DNA of 64,000 nt from Antechinus flavipes (Eukaryota): positions 36,766,001 through 36,830,000 of the forward strand of contig NC_067398.1 of NCBI RefSeq assembly GCF_016432865.1. The letters are read 5' to 3'. Numbering within the stretch: position 1 is the first letter of the stretch; each line of letters starts with the position of its first letter. The notes under the pieces are model-generated. The model did not search any database. It worked only from the letters and a program-made list of their open reading frames with translations, and was not told the origin of the DNA. Both the position numbers and the translations under genes were made by a program. Shown here one piece after another: positions 52,621 through 64,000 of the stretch.

Positions 52621-52969
52621 TAGATTTCTTATTACCTTGTATAAGTATAGGCTAAGCCAATGAATTCTACTGTTCATTGTTATTATTTTGTGAAATGAAT
52701 TCTCATCCTCCTTTGGAGAAGAAGAGTTTATTAAGGGAAATCACTCAGACTATATACAGATGTGTATATTGTGATATAAAGTTTTGTTTTCAGAAATAAG
52801 CTTTGTGTATAGCTGAGAAATAAATGTGATCATTGGTTTTCATAGATGTCTCAAGGGATCCATTTTATGCATATTCTAGGTGGATTCGTCATGCCTCTTC
52901 AGGTACTAAAGTTAGGTTCCCCTCCCAGTGAATCAACTAAGATTATGAGTTCAGGAAAAGTACTTCTTG

Positions 52970-52984
52970 AAACCTGGTGAATCC
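52970..52984 (+). repeat. L1 left TSD aaacctggtgaatcc
   Basis: Identical to 59497-59511. Confidence 0.98.
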
Positions 52985-53576
52985 GACTTCCGGCCAAGAT
53001 GGCGGAGAGGAAATACACTTCTGTGTAATCTCCGTGTTTTTCTCTCACTATTCATTTCATTTCATGCCTCTGAATTAATGCTCGACTGAAAAAAAAACCA
53101 TACAATTACTTACCAAGAGAAACCATCCTTGAGACTCGTCAAGAAAGGTCTGTTTTTGCGCGAGGGCGGGGACGGTATTTGGAAGCAGTCTGCGGGCAGC
53201 AGCGGCAACCAGAGCACAGATAGCAGCTCAGAACCGGGTGGAGCGGAGAGGGGGTAGGAAGCAATCGCAGCCGTCTCTGCGTTGAGAGCTTTGCTATAGG
53301 AGCAAGTCAGCAGCCCAGCAGAGAAGCTAAAAACACCGGGGGTGAAGAATACAATCCCAAACAGCTGGAATTTCTCGGGACCTGGCCACCCCTCCCCCAC
53401 AGTGTCTTAGCCCGCTCGGATCTCAGAGCGCTCGGATCTCAGTGCGCAGGCGCCATAGCACAGTAGGACCTGTGCCTCACGAATACCCTGCCCCTCCCCC
53501 AAAGAAAGCAGCCTCCATTCAAGGGGTTTTTTTTCCTTCTGTTTCTTTGATAGTTTGTCTTTGATAAATAGACAGA
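52985..53576 (+). promoter_or_regulatory. L1 5'UTR internal promoter
   Basis: ETS-like ACTTCCGG at 52986-52993, YY1 motif AAGATGGCGG at 52996-53005, CpG-rich body, 14-bp direct repeat cgctcggatctcag at 53413-53426 and 53429-53442. Confidence 0.88.
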
Positions 53577-54680
53577 ATGAGCAAGAAACTGAAAAAGAAT
53601 TTAACCCTGGACAGCTTTTATACAGATAAAGAGCAGACTCCAAACCCTGAGGAGACTAAAAACAAACAGTCCCCAGGTGAATCCCCGAAGGAAGAGACCT
53701 TATGTCCCTCAGCACAGATGAATCTCATGGAGGAAATTAAAAAGGCTCTCACAAGGGAGCTAGAAGAAAAATGGGAAAAGGAGAGGGAGGCTCTGAAAAA
53801 GGAGAGGGAGGCTTGGCAAAAGAGCCTGGAGAAGTCAGTTAAAGAGAGAGTGGATAAAGAAACCAAATCCTTGAAAAATAGGATTAGTGAACTGGAAACA
53901 GAAAACAGCTCTCTAAAAAACAAAATTGGCGAAATGGAAAAAAATTCCACAGAACAAAAGAACTCAATTGGACAATTAGAGAAAGATCTTAAAAAAGTGA
54001 GTGAAGAAAATACCTCACTGAAAATCAGGGTCGAACAATTGGAATTGAATGACTCGAGGAGACAAGAAGAATCAGTCAAGCAAATCCAAAAAAATCAAAC
54101 AATGGAAAAGGATGTGAAATACCTTCTGGGGAAGACAACAGACCTGGAAAACAGATCCAGGAGAGACAACCTGAGAATCATCGGACTTCCAGAAAAGTAT
54201 GATGAAAAAAAAAGCCTGAACACTATCTTCCAGGAAATTATCAAAGAGAACTGCCCAGAAGTCATAGAAACAGAAGGTAAAATAGACATTGAAAGAATTC
54301 ATCGATCCCCTACTGAAAGGGATCCTAAAATCAAAACACCAAGGAATATAGTGGCCAAATGCCAGAACCCTCAGGCAAAGGAAAAAATACTGCAAGCGGC
54401 TAGAAAAACCCAATTCAAGTATCAAGGAGCCACAATAAGGATCACCCAGGATCTGGCAGCATCCACATTAAAGGATCGAAGGGCCTGGAATATGATATTC
54501 CGAAAGGCTAAGGAACTTGGTATGCAACCAAAAATAACTTACCCAGCGAGATTGAGCATCTTTTTCCAGGGAAGAAGATGGACATTCAACGAAATAAGCG
54601 AATTTCATCTATTTCTGATGAAAAAGCCAGAACTTAACAAAAAATTTGATCTACAAGCACAGAACTCAAGAGAAATCTAA
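53577..54680 (+). CDS. L1 ORF1p, 367 aa, intact
   Basis: Coiled coil, DLENRSRRDNLRIIGLPE (RRM entry), IRITQDLAASTLKDRRAW and YPARL (CTD). Confidence 0.97.
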   Translation: MSKKLKKNLTLDSFYTDKEQTPNPEETKNKQSPGESPKEETLCPSAQMNLMEEIKKALTRELEEKWEKEREALKKEREAWQKSLEKSVKERVDKETKSLKNRISELETENSSLKNKIGEMEKNSTEQKNSIGQLEKDLKKVSEENTSLKIRVEQLELNDSRRQEESVKQIQKNQTMEKDVKYLLGKTTDLENRSRRDNLRIIGLPEKYDEKKSLNTIFQEIIKENCPEVIETEGKIDIERIHRSPTERDPKIKTPRNIVAKCQNPQAKEKILQAARKTQFKYQGATIRITQDLAASTLKDRRAWNMIFRKAKELGMQPKITYPARLSIFFQGRRWTFNEISEFHLFLMKKPELNKKFDLQAQNSREI

Positions 54681-55208
54681 AAAGGTAAAGATTAATCTTG
54701 GGAACTATATTTCGGCTGTAAAGATGTATAAAGAATACATGTATACCTTGTTCTAGAAACTAGTTGTGGAAAGGACATTGTACTAGAAAAAAGGGAAAGT
54801 GGGGGTACTACATTTCATGAAGAGGCAAAGAAAACCTAGTAAATCTGAGAGAAAGAATGGAGAGGAATGAAAATAGTGAGTATTTTACTGCTTTCAGAAT
54901 TGGCAGTAAGAGAAGAATTTTAGACATATTCAATCTATGGTGAAACTTCTCCTACCTCATTGAAAAGTGAGAAGGGAAAAGTGAAAAAGGAAGGAATAAG
55001 CTAAGTGGAAGGGAATACGGTAACTGGGAGGGAAAGGGGTAAGTTGGGGGGGGGGAACTCTAAGGGGGGGGAGGGATACTGAAAAAGGGAGGGCTGTGAG
55101 AAGCAAGGGGAGCTCACAAGCTTAATACTGGGAAGGGGGGTAAGGGAGGGGGTAAGGGAGGGGGTAAGGGAGTAAGAAGGGAGAAAAGCATAAACCGGGG
55201 TTAACAAG

Positions 55209-58200
55209 ATGGCAAGTAATACAGAATTGGTCATTTTAACCATAAATGTGAACGGGGTAAACTCCTCTATAAAGAGGAAGCGGTTAGCAGAATGGATTAA
55301 AAGCCAGAATCCTACAATATGTTGTATACAGGAAACACACCTGAAACGGGGTGATACATGCAGGTTAAAGGTAAAAGGTTGGAGCAAAATCTACTATGCT
55401 TCAGGTGAAGCCAAAAAAGCAGGGGTAGCAATCCTGATCTCAGATCAAGCTAAAGCAAAAATTGATCTAATCAAAAGAGATAAGGAAGGGCACTATATCT
55501 TGCTAAAGGGTAGAATGAATAATGAAGAAGTATCTATATTAAATATATATGCACCAAGTAGTGTAGCATCTAAATTCCTAAAAGAGAAATTAAGAGAGCT
55601 GCAAGAAGAAATAGACAGTAAAACTATAATAGTGGGAGATCTCAACCTTGCACTCTCAGAATTAGATAAATCAAACCACAAAATAAATAAGAAAGAAGTC
55701 AAAGAGATAAATAGAATACTAGAAAAATTAGATATGATAGATCTCTGGAGAAAATGTAATGGGGACAGAAAGGAGTACACCTTCTTTTCAGCAGTTCATG
55801 GAACTTATACAAAAATTGATCATATATTAGGACATAAAAACCTCAAACTCAAATGCAGTAAGGCAGAAATAGTGAATGCATCCTTTTCAGACCATGATGC
55901 AGTGAAAATTACATTCAATAAAAAACCACAGGAAAGTAGACCAAAAAATAATTGGAAACTAAATAATCTCATACTAAAGAATGATTGGGTGAAACAGCAA
56001 ATTATAGACATAATTAATAACTTCATCCAAGAAAATGATAATAATGAGACATCATACCAAAATGTATGGGATGCAGCCAAAGCGGTAATAAGGGGAAATC
56101 TCATATCTCTAGAGGCCTATTTGTATAAAATAGAGAAAGAGAAGGTCAATGAATTGGGCTTGCAACTAAAAATGCTAGAAAAGGAACAAATTAAAAACCC
56201 CCAATCAAACACTAAACTTGAAATTCAAAAAATAAAAGGAGAGATCAATAAAATTGAAAGTAAAAAAACTATTGAATTGATTAATAAAACTAAGAGTTGG
56301 TTCTATGAAAAAACCAACAAAATAGACAAACCTTAGTAAATCTGATTAAAAAAAGGAAAGAGGAAAATCAAATTGTTAGTCTTAAAAATGAAAAGGGAGA
56401 ACTCACCACTAACGAAGAGGAAATTAGAGCAATAATTAGGAGTTACTTTGCCCAACTTTACGCCAATAAATTCGACAACTTAAATGAAATAGAAGAATAC
56501 CTCCAAAAATATAGCTTACCTAAACTAACAGAGGAAGAAGTAAATATCCTAAACACTCCTATCTCAGAAAAAGAAATAGAACAAACTATCAATCAACTCC
56601 CTAAGAAAAAAACCCCAGGACCAGATGGATTTACATCTGAATTCTATCAAACATTTAAAGATCAATTAACTCCAATGCTAAATAAACTATTTGAAGAAGT
56701 AGGGATTGAAGGAGTCCTACCAAACTCCTTTTATGACACAGATATGGTACTGATACCTAAACCAGGTAGGCTGAAAACAGAGAAAGAAAATTATAGACCA
56801 ATCTCCCTAATGAATATTGATGCTAAAATCTTAAATAAAATATTAGCAAAAAGATTACAGAAAATCATCCCCAGGATAATACACTATGACCAAGTAGGAT
56901 TTATACCAGGAATGCAGGGCTGGTTCAATATTAGGAAAACTATTAACATAATTGACTATATCAACAACCAACCAAACAAAAACCATATGATCATTTCAAT
57001 AGATGCAGAAAAAGCATTTGATAAAATCCAACAGCCATTCCTAATAAAAACACTTGAGAGCATAGGAATAAAAGGACTTTTCCTTAAAATAGTTAGGAGC
57101 ATATATTTTAAACCTTCAGTAAGCATCATATGCAATGGGGAAAAACTGGAACCTTTCCCGGTAAGATCTGGAGTGAAGCAAGGTTGCCCACTATCACCAT
57201 TATTATTCAATATTGTATTAGAAACACTGGCCTCTGCAATAAGAGTCGAGAAAGAGATTAAAGGAATTAGAGTAGGCAATGAGGAAACCAAACTATCACT
57301 CTTTGCAGATGATATGATGGTATACCTAGAAAACCCCAGAGATTCTACTAAAAAGCTATTAGAAATAATTCATAATTTTAGCAAAGTAGCAGGATACAAA
57401 ATAAATCCCCATAAATCCTCAGCATTCTTGTACACCACCAACAAAATCCAAGAGCAAGAGATACAAAGAGAAATTCCATTCAAAATAACTGTTGATAGCA
57501 TAAAATATTTGGGAATCTACCTACCAAAGGAAAGTCAGGAATTATATGAGCAAAATTACAAAAAAGTTTTCACACAAATAAAGTCAGACTTAAATAATTG
57601 GAAAAATATTAAGTGCTCTTGGATAGGCCGAGCAAATATAATAAAGATGACAATACTCCCTAAACTAATCTATTTATTTAGTGCTATACCAATCAGACTT
57701 CCAAGAAAATATTTTAATGATTTAGAAAAAATAACAACAAAATTCATATGGAACAATAAAAAGTCGAGAATCTCAAGGGAATTAATGAAAAAAAAATCAA
57801 ATGAAGGTGGTCTAGCTGTACCTGATCTAAAATTATATTATAAAGCAGCAGTCACCAAAACCATCTGGTATTGGCTTAGAAATAGATTAGTTGATCAGTG
57901 GAAAAGGTTAGGTTCACAAGACAGAATAGTCAACTATAGCAATCTAGTGTTTGACAAACCCAAAGATTCTAAATTTTGGGATAAGATTTCATTATTTGAT
58001 AAAAACTGCTGGGATAACTGGAAATTAGTATGGCAGAAATTAGGCAAGGACCCACACTTAACACCACATACCAAGATAAGATCAAAATGGGTCCACGACC
58101 TAGGCATAAAGAACGAGATTATAAATAAATTAGAGGAACATAGGATAGTTTATCTCTCAGACTTGTGGAGGAGAAAGAAATTTGTGACCAAAGATGAACT

Positions 58201-59038
58201 AGAGACCATTACCAATCACAAAATAGAAAATTTTGATTATATCAAATTAAAAAGCCTTTGTACAAACAGAACGAATGCAAACAAGATTAGTAGGGAAGTA
58301 ACTAACTGGGAAAACATCTTTACAATTAAAGGTTCTGATAAAGGCCTCATTTCCAAAATATATAGAGAACTGACTCAAATTTATAAAAAATCAAGCCATT
58401 CTCCAATTGATAAATGGTCAAAGGATATGAACAGACAATTTTCAGATGAAGAAATTGAAACTATTACCACTCACATGAAAGAGTGTTCCAAATCACTATT
58501 GATCAGAGAAATGCAAATTAAGACAACTCTGAGATATCACTACACTCCTGTCAGATTGGCTAAGATGACAGGAAAAAACAATGATGAATGTTGGAGGGGA
58601 TGCGGGAAAACGGGGACATTGATGCATTGTTGGTGGAGTTGTGAACGAATCCAGCCATTCTGGAGAGCGATCTGGAATTATGCCCAAAAAGTTATCAAAC
58701 TGTGCATACCCTTTGATCCAACAGTGTTTCTATTGGGCTTATACCCCAAAGAGATACTAAAAAAGGGAAGGGGACCTGTATGTGCCAAAATGTTTGTAGC
58801 AGCCCTGTTTGTAGTGGCTAGAAACTGGAAAATGAATGGATGCCCATCAATTGGAGAATGGCTGGGTAAATTGTGGTATATGAATGTTATGGAATATTAT
58901 TGCTCTGTAAGGAATGACCAGCAGGATGAATACAGAGAGGCTTGGAGAGACCTACATGGACTGATGCTAAGTGAGATGAGCAGAACCAGGAGATCATTAT
59001 ACACTTCGACAACGATATTGTATGAGGATGTATTCTGA
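55209..59038 (+). pseudogene. L1 ORF2 (EN-RT-CCHC) split by one -1 frameshift at 56333-56334
   Basis: EN motifs INVNG, CIQETH, NIYAP, GDLN, KIDH, SDH; RT QGCPLSP and FADD; [18 protein letters not shown]. The second frame is open from 56333 through 56675 to the stop at 59038. Confidence 0.96.
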
Positions 59039-59452
59039 TGGAAGTGGATTTCTCTGACAAAGAGACTTAACTGAGTTTTATTGGAGAAATGATGGACAGA
59101 AACAGCTACACCCAAAGAAGGAACACTGGGAAATGAATGTGAACTATTTGCATTTTTGATTTTCTTCCCGAGTTATTTTTACCTTCTGAATCCAGTTCTC
59201 CCTGTGCAACAAGAGAACTGTTTGGTTCTGCAAATATGTATTGTATCTAGGATATACTGCAACATGTTTAACATATATAGGACTGCTTGCCATCCTGGGG
59301 GGGGGGAGGAGGGAGGGAGGGGGAAAAAACGAAACATAAGTGATTGCAAGGGATAATGTCGTGTAGAAATTATCCTGGCATGGATTCTGTCAATGCGAAG
59401 TTATTATTAAATAAAATAAAATTTATTATAAAAAAAAAAAAAAAAAAAAAAA

Positions 59453-59496
<44 letters not shown>

Positions 59497-59503
<7 letters not shown>

Positions 59504-59511
59504 GTGAATCC
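59497..59511 (+). repeat. L1 right TSD
   Basis: aaacctggtgaatcc directly after the poly(A). Confidence 0.98.
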
Positions 59512-60564
59512 TAAGCTAGATTAAAATACATAAATTTGGGGTCAAAAAGAACCAAAGAGGTCAGATAGTCAATTCTGCTTATTTTGGAGTAAGAATAAGG
59601 TAAAATAACTTGCCTAAGATTTCATAAATAAGAAGCATTAGAATACAAGCCCTGTTGATCTGACTTCAAATATAGCCTTTTTCCACTACATCATGTTGTT
59701 TCTCCCCCAAATCCAGAACTGTGTGGCATCTCTTTGAAACCCTATATATGTCCAGGGCTAGTGTGTCATTGTCTTATTTTGTCTGCTTTTTAAGATGATT
59801 TACTAAGAATCTCATAAGTTATTGAATTGCTAATGTGTTAAAGACATTAATGGTTTAATGAATCACCTTTCCTGTTTGCATTTCACATTTTAAATGCCTA
59901 AAGCACAAGGAATTATACCAATATTAGAAATTTCTGGCATTGAGACATAGCAGTTTTAAAAATATGTTTAATAGGAGGTGTTTTTACCCCTTCTGATGAC
60001 CTTCTGTCACATTGTAGACATTGTGTCCAGCTTCCCCTTTGGTCAACATTCTCTGCTCCTAAATATAACATGTTAATGTGAAACTGTGAATGAAGATTCC
60101 TCTGTCTTTGTTTGGAGAACGTTTCTTTTATGGTTCCAGGGAGAGAAGGCCCAGTTCAATTGAACATAAAATAACAGGAGACATTTGTTAATAGTCTGAC
60201 CAGAGAGTAGATTAGGAATTAGGAATGTTATCTCACTGAAGACCTTTGCTGAAGGGTTGTAAAAGGACAGCCAACTGTCTAGATAATAGATATTTATGTT
60301 TTATGTATTTCTTTGTCCAGAAAAAGAGAAGTACTAGTATTCAAGGCTTTCAGGGAAAGATAAACATTGACCTTTTCTACATTCCTGTCAAAAATGTATT
60401 TGTCTTTTGACAGTTATACATTACATTTAAAAACACACACACAAGCATATTTTTATATGTATAAGACACAAAGAGAATATAAGCTTCTTGACATTAGGTA
60501 CTGTTATATTTTTTTTTTCTTTACATCACTGCTGATTAGCACAGTGCCCAGCACATAAAAGGAG

Positions 60565-60760
60565 GGACTGGATCTGTGATTTCACTCTGTAGAGATATAA
60601 AGAAATCTCCTTTAACAATGCAAATTGGCACCTTTTTCTGCAATTTGTATTGTGGTTAAAAGTCTTTCCCAAAGTCACATAGTACATATCAAAGGCAGAA
60701 CTTGAACTGAGTTCATGCAGACTTTGGAGTCAGTTCATGATCCATCATATCACACTCCCC
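60565..60760 (-). mobile_element. CORE-SINE with RTE-type tail (WALLSI-like)
   Basis: ctgtgatttcactctgtagag...ctcctttaacaatgcaaattggcacc...cccaaagtcacatag...ggcagaacttgaact. Confidence 0.5.
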
Positions 60761-62919
60761 TTTTGTCTGATACATAATAGGAATTTCAGGAATGCATATT
60801 GATAGCTTGAATTAAAGCAGAAACTCACATAGCAATAATATAAGGATTTGTTTAGACAATACTTTGTACTTTTCAAAAGCATTTTGACATAGTTCAATTC
60901 AATAAATAATTACTAAATAGTACTCATTAACTGCTTGCTAGAATTAAGGCACATGAAGCACATGAAAAAAAATGTGATCTAGGTTATGTTGATATTATTT
61001 GTATTTTTTAGATAAAGATGCTGAATAATGGAGTGTCTGAGTAACTAGGTCAAGGTCAAAAAAATAGAGAATCAAAAAGAAAATCCAATGTTAATTTAGT
61101 GTTTTGTTTTTTTTTTCCTCCTGTACCACAATTTGTTCTTGTTTTATTTAAAAAAAAAAAAGGAGGTTTACTGTGTGTAGCACTGCAAGGTCCTTTTTGA
61201 AATAGGAAGCTAGAATGATTGAATTCAGCAGTGATTTATCAGCACCTATTTTGTGTAAGGCTAATTCTGGGCATTATGAAATAAATGTGAATCAGAATTA
61301 ACTAATAAGCATTTTTTAAAAAAATATCCTGTTTTACATTAGGTTTTGTTCTACCTCCTGGGGATATAGAGGCGAAATTAATACTTTTTATTTTAGGGCT
61401 CTTCCATTTTTGATGGCGGAAACCACATGCACATCTATGTACATACATATATACATAGGTACAAATGTTTCTTTCTCATTCTTTGCATAACATAGCATTA
61501 ATATATGTTGAAGAATCTTTTATTATTTCTTCTTGTATGCATATGATATACATATATGCATATATATACAAGTTTATATTTTTCAAAAAAAAAGAAAATG
61601 TGAAGATAGAATGACATGATTTGAATTATATTGGTATGGAGGTGGTAAAGAAAGGGAAATTAGAGTATTTTTAAAGAGAAATATGAGAATGAACAGACTA
61701 ATACTTCTCTATCAATTAAAGCTAGGTTACTCAAAATGCATTAAACTAGATGGTTACTTAAAACCTCTTTTCATTCTATGGCATTAAGATTTCCTTTTAC
61801 TTTTCCTTTTTGATTTATAATGGGAGGGACTGGACTGTCTGGAATCAAGCTCATAAAGCTTCCAAGTTAGTTACCATCAGGGGATAATACTGCATATGAT
61901 CTTAGGTCTGGGTTCTCATTGGTCAGTTTTTCCTATTACATATTCAATCTAAGAGTGCCTTAGTAGATTTATGATGCAGGGAAAAAAAAAAAAAAAACAA
62001 AAAAAAAAAAACCTTGCCTTTGCTGCCTTCTTGTGTTTTTCCCCTAACTTAGCATCCTACTTATTAGTTACCAAAATCCATCTAAAGCAACCCAGAACTA
62101 CTAGTTTAGTGGCCTCCTTTTTACCTTTTCTTAATAATGGCTATATCATTTTGATCAAACTTTATTTGTGTAGTGTCTTTCTTTCTAACATAACTATGGT
62201 TATGGAGATCAGTCTCAGTCATATATCTTGTAAATGTGTTACCCATCCCAGGAGTATTAAAAAATGTATAACTTCTGGTGGGATATTAGGCACCAAAGCA
62301 AGCCAGTGGAGATTTTTATTTGGAATGGTTACAAATTTGAAGAAGACCTTAAATGACAGCACCTATGTTATTGTCCAGTTTAACTATGCATAAAATATCC
62401 TGTGAAACCAATTGAAATCTGTGATGTGGTAAAATGCCATTTACTTATTCTTATTCCTATTTTTTAAAAAATGTTTTTTTGAAACCTTTTCAGGGTCTGC
62501 CATGACAAAGCTCTGAAAGCTAAAAATAAGCAAAGTGACATATTTTCCTTTGCTTCTTTGTCAATATAACCAATTTCATGATATCAGGCTTGCATCTCCA
62601 TAAAGGTGTGGGCACCTGAGTTCTGCAACATGAGATAAAAGGGGCTGGCAATGACAAATGCCTTAATACTCTTGGAAATAGCTTTGGTATATGACACTAA
62701 ATGTAATGATAGTATTTTCAATAAGAGCAGCTTATAACTAAGACAATCCCTTAAAGTATAAATATATTCCAATTATTTCCTCGTGTATATTTTAGGGTTT
62801 TGAAATGTTTTTTGTTTTGTCCAATCAGGGCAAAAAAAGCATATATTTTAACATCATAGAATTTTAGCACTGAAAAGAACATCAAATAGGTTCTATTAAT
62901 AATAATGATGGTAATAACA

Positions 62920-63080
62920 ATACATAATATTTATACAGTGCTTAAAGGTTTGAAAAACTTTTTAGTAATATCATTTTATTTTCACAACCATTCTGGGAGG
63001 TGGGTGATATTATTATTATATCTATTTTTATAATGAGGAAACTTGAATTTAGAGTGGTTAAATAATTTTTACAGTGTCAG
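62920..63080 (-). mobile_element. MIR-like SINE
   Basis: ttttcacaaccattctgggaggtgggtgatattattattatatctatttttataatgaggaaact. Confidence 0.55.
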
Positions 63081-63884
63081 ACACAATCAGCTCATCTTCC
63101 GAGGGAAGAATCAGTGTTAGAGAGCAAAAATGACTTGCTTGATATCAGATGAACATAGAGCATTTCAAAATACAAAATGAACAAGCAAAAACTATTTCAT
63201 TAAGGAAGATTTTGCCTGGATATACAATTATGTCTTCCATTCCTAGCAAATATGAAGTGGACTATGGAAATTCAGGCTATTTTGAAAACCATTAACTAAC
63301 TATCATAAAATTAAGTGACTTATAGAAGATTCTTTTGTAAGACTGGGAAAGGGTTCTGTTTGTTTTCTCTCCTTATAAAGGAAAGGTTCCCTTTCCTTGT
63401 TAGTATTAAGAATTTTGTTGCTGGTTTTTGGTGGGAACAATGTTATCTTACAGTTTTCTTCTATGTTTATTCAGGGACTGACTGCAGAAAGCCCATATTT
63501 ATGGAAGTGGTAGAAAGGCTCCATGCTTTCAATCTCCTTAATTTTCAAGTGCCAATAAGCTCCATCTTTAGATATTTTCCAAATGAACAGTTTCTATCAA
63601 GCCCAGTATTTGTCATCTCAAGGAATACATTCATCCTCATGTTTGCAAATTGGCTAACATTCTGAGCTTACGCTGTGAAATTCATCTGATATCATAGTGA
63701 AAAACTTATTATTCCAAGACAAGCATGTTAAAAGATAACAAAGGATAGACTGTTTGAATGCATTATACAGGGGGAGAACATCTTAACCCCTTTCCATCAT
63801 TGTCAAAAATAGCTTGCATGTCAGTTCATTTAAGTCTTCCTGTGTTTTTTGCTTTCATTCTGAGTTACTTCTATTTACACTTTC

Positions 63885-64000
63885 TTACAAATTGATAGCA
63901 CAGTGGAAAGAACAATGTTTCTAGAGTCAGGACATCTAAGTACAAAGTACTCTTCCCATCCTACTTGTATGACAATGGGCAGGTCACTTAAATTCCATGA
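63885..64000 (+). mobile_element. MIR-like SINE head, cut by the window edge
   Basis: gatagcacagtggaaagaacaatgtttctagagtcaggacatctaag...tgggcaggtcactta. Confidence 0.6.

Larger units (their letters stand above)
52985..59499 (+). mobile_element. Full-length young LINE-1 (about 6.5 kb)
   Basis: CpG-rich 5'UTR, ORF1, 528-bp spacer, ORF2, 3'UTR with G tract, AATAAA, about 70-nt poly(A), perfect 15-bp TSD. Confidence 0.99.

Noticed and set aside
53618-59115. Antisense ORFs inside L1 ORF1 and ORF2 (53618..54079, 54072..54425, 55493..55780, 55820..56104, 56956..57291 and others)
   Set aside because: Shadow frames from the A-rich coding strand
61971-63665. ORFs 61971..62393 and 63315..63665
   Set aside because: Low-complexity or hydrophobic AT-rich composition; no motifs or convincing splice sites
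1-64000. CRISPR arrays, operons, rRNA or endogenous non-retroviral virus genes; a gene symbol for the 43-kb promoter
   Set aside because: None supported. The sequence is mammalian, and I could not match the candidate exon to any known protein from memory

Overview
This is AT-rich mammalian DNA, not prokaryotic. The repeat set (WSINE1-, MAR1- and WALLSI-like SINEs, marsupial RTE LINEs, marsupial-type L1, MIR, L2, CR1/L3) points to an Australian marsupial, most likely a dasyurid (inference from recalled consensus sequences, no search run). Most of the window is intergenic or intronic repeat debris. Two structures stand out. (1) A CpG-island promoter at about 42.7-45.3 kb, broken by two N gaps, has several + strand splice donors. 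One donor ends a possible 16-codon hydrophobic first coding exon (MPVTDVPFFLLCAGFL) preceded by a uORF. I could not identify the gene. (2) A young full-length L1 (52985-59499) lies in the sense orientation downstream of that promoter. It has a 15-bp TSD, an intact ORF1, a long poly(A) tail and an ORF2 broken by a single missing base. Its 5'UTR carries a consensus antisense splice donor next to an ORF's stop codon, reminiscent of the primate L1 antisense promoter/ORF0. Two candidate minus-strand exons (19715-19759 and from 8955 downward) could belong to a divergent or L1-driven antisense transcript. Also present are a solo LTR nested in an internally deleted L1 and an RTE with an intact 5' end but no 3' end. 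Repeat family names and boundaries of old fragments are approximate. Almost all other ORFs in the track look spurious.
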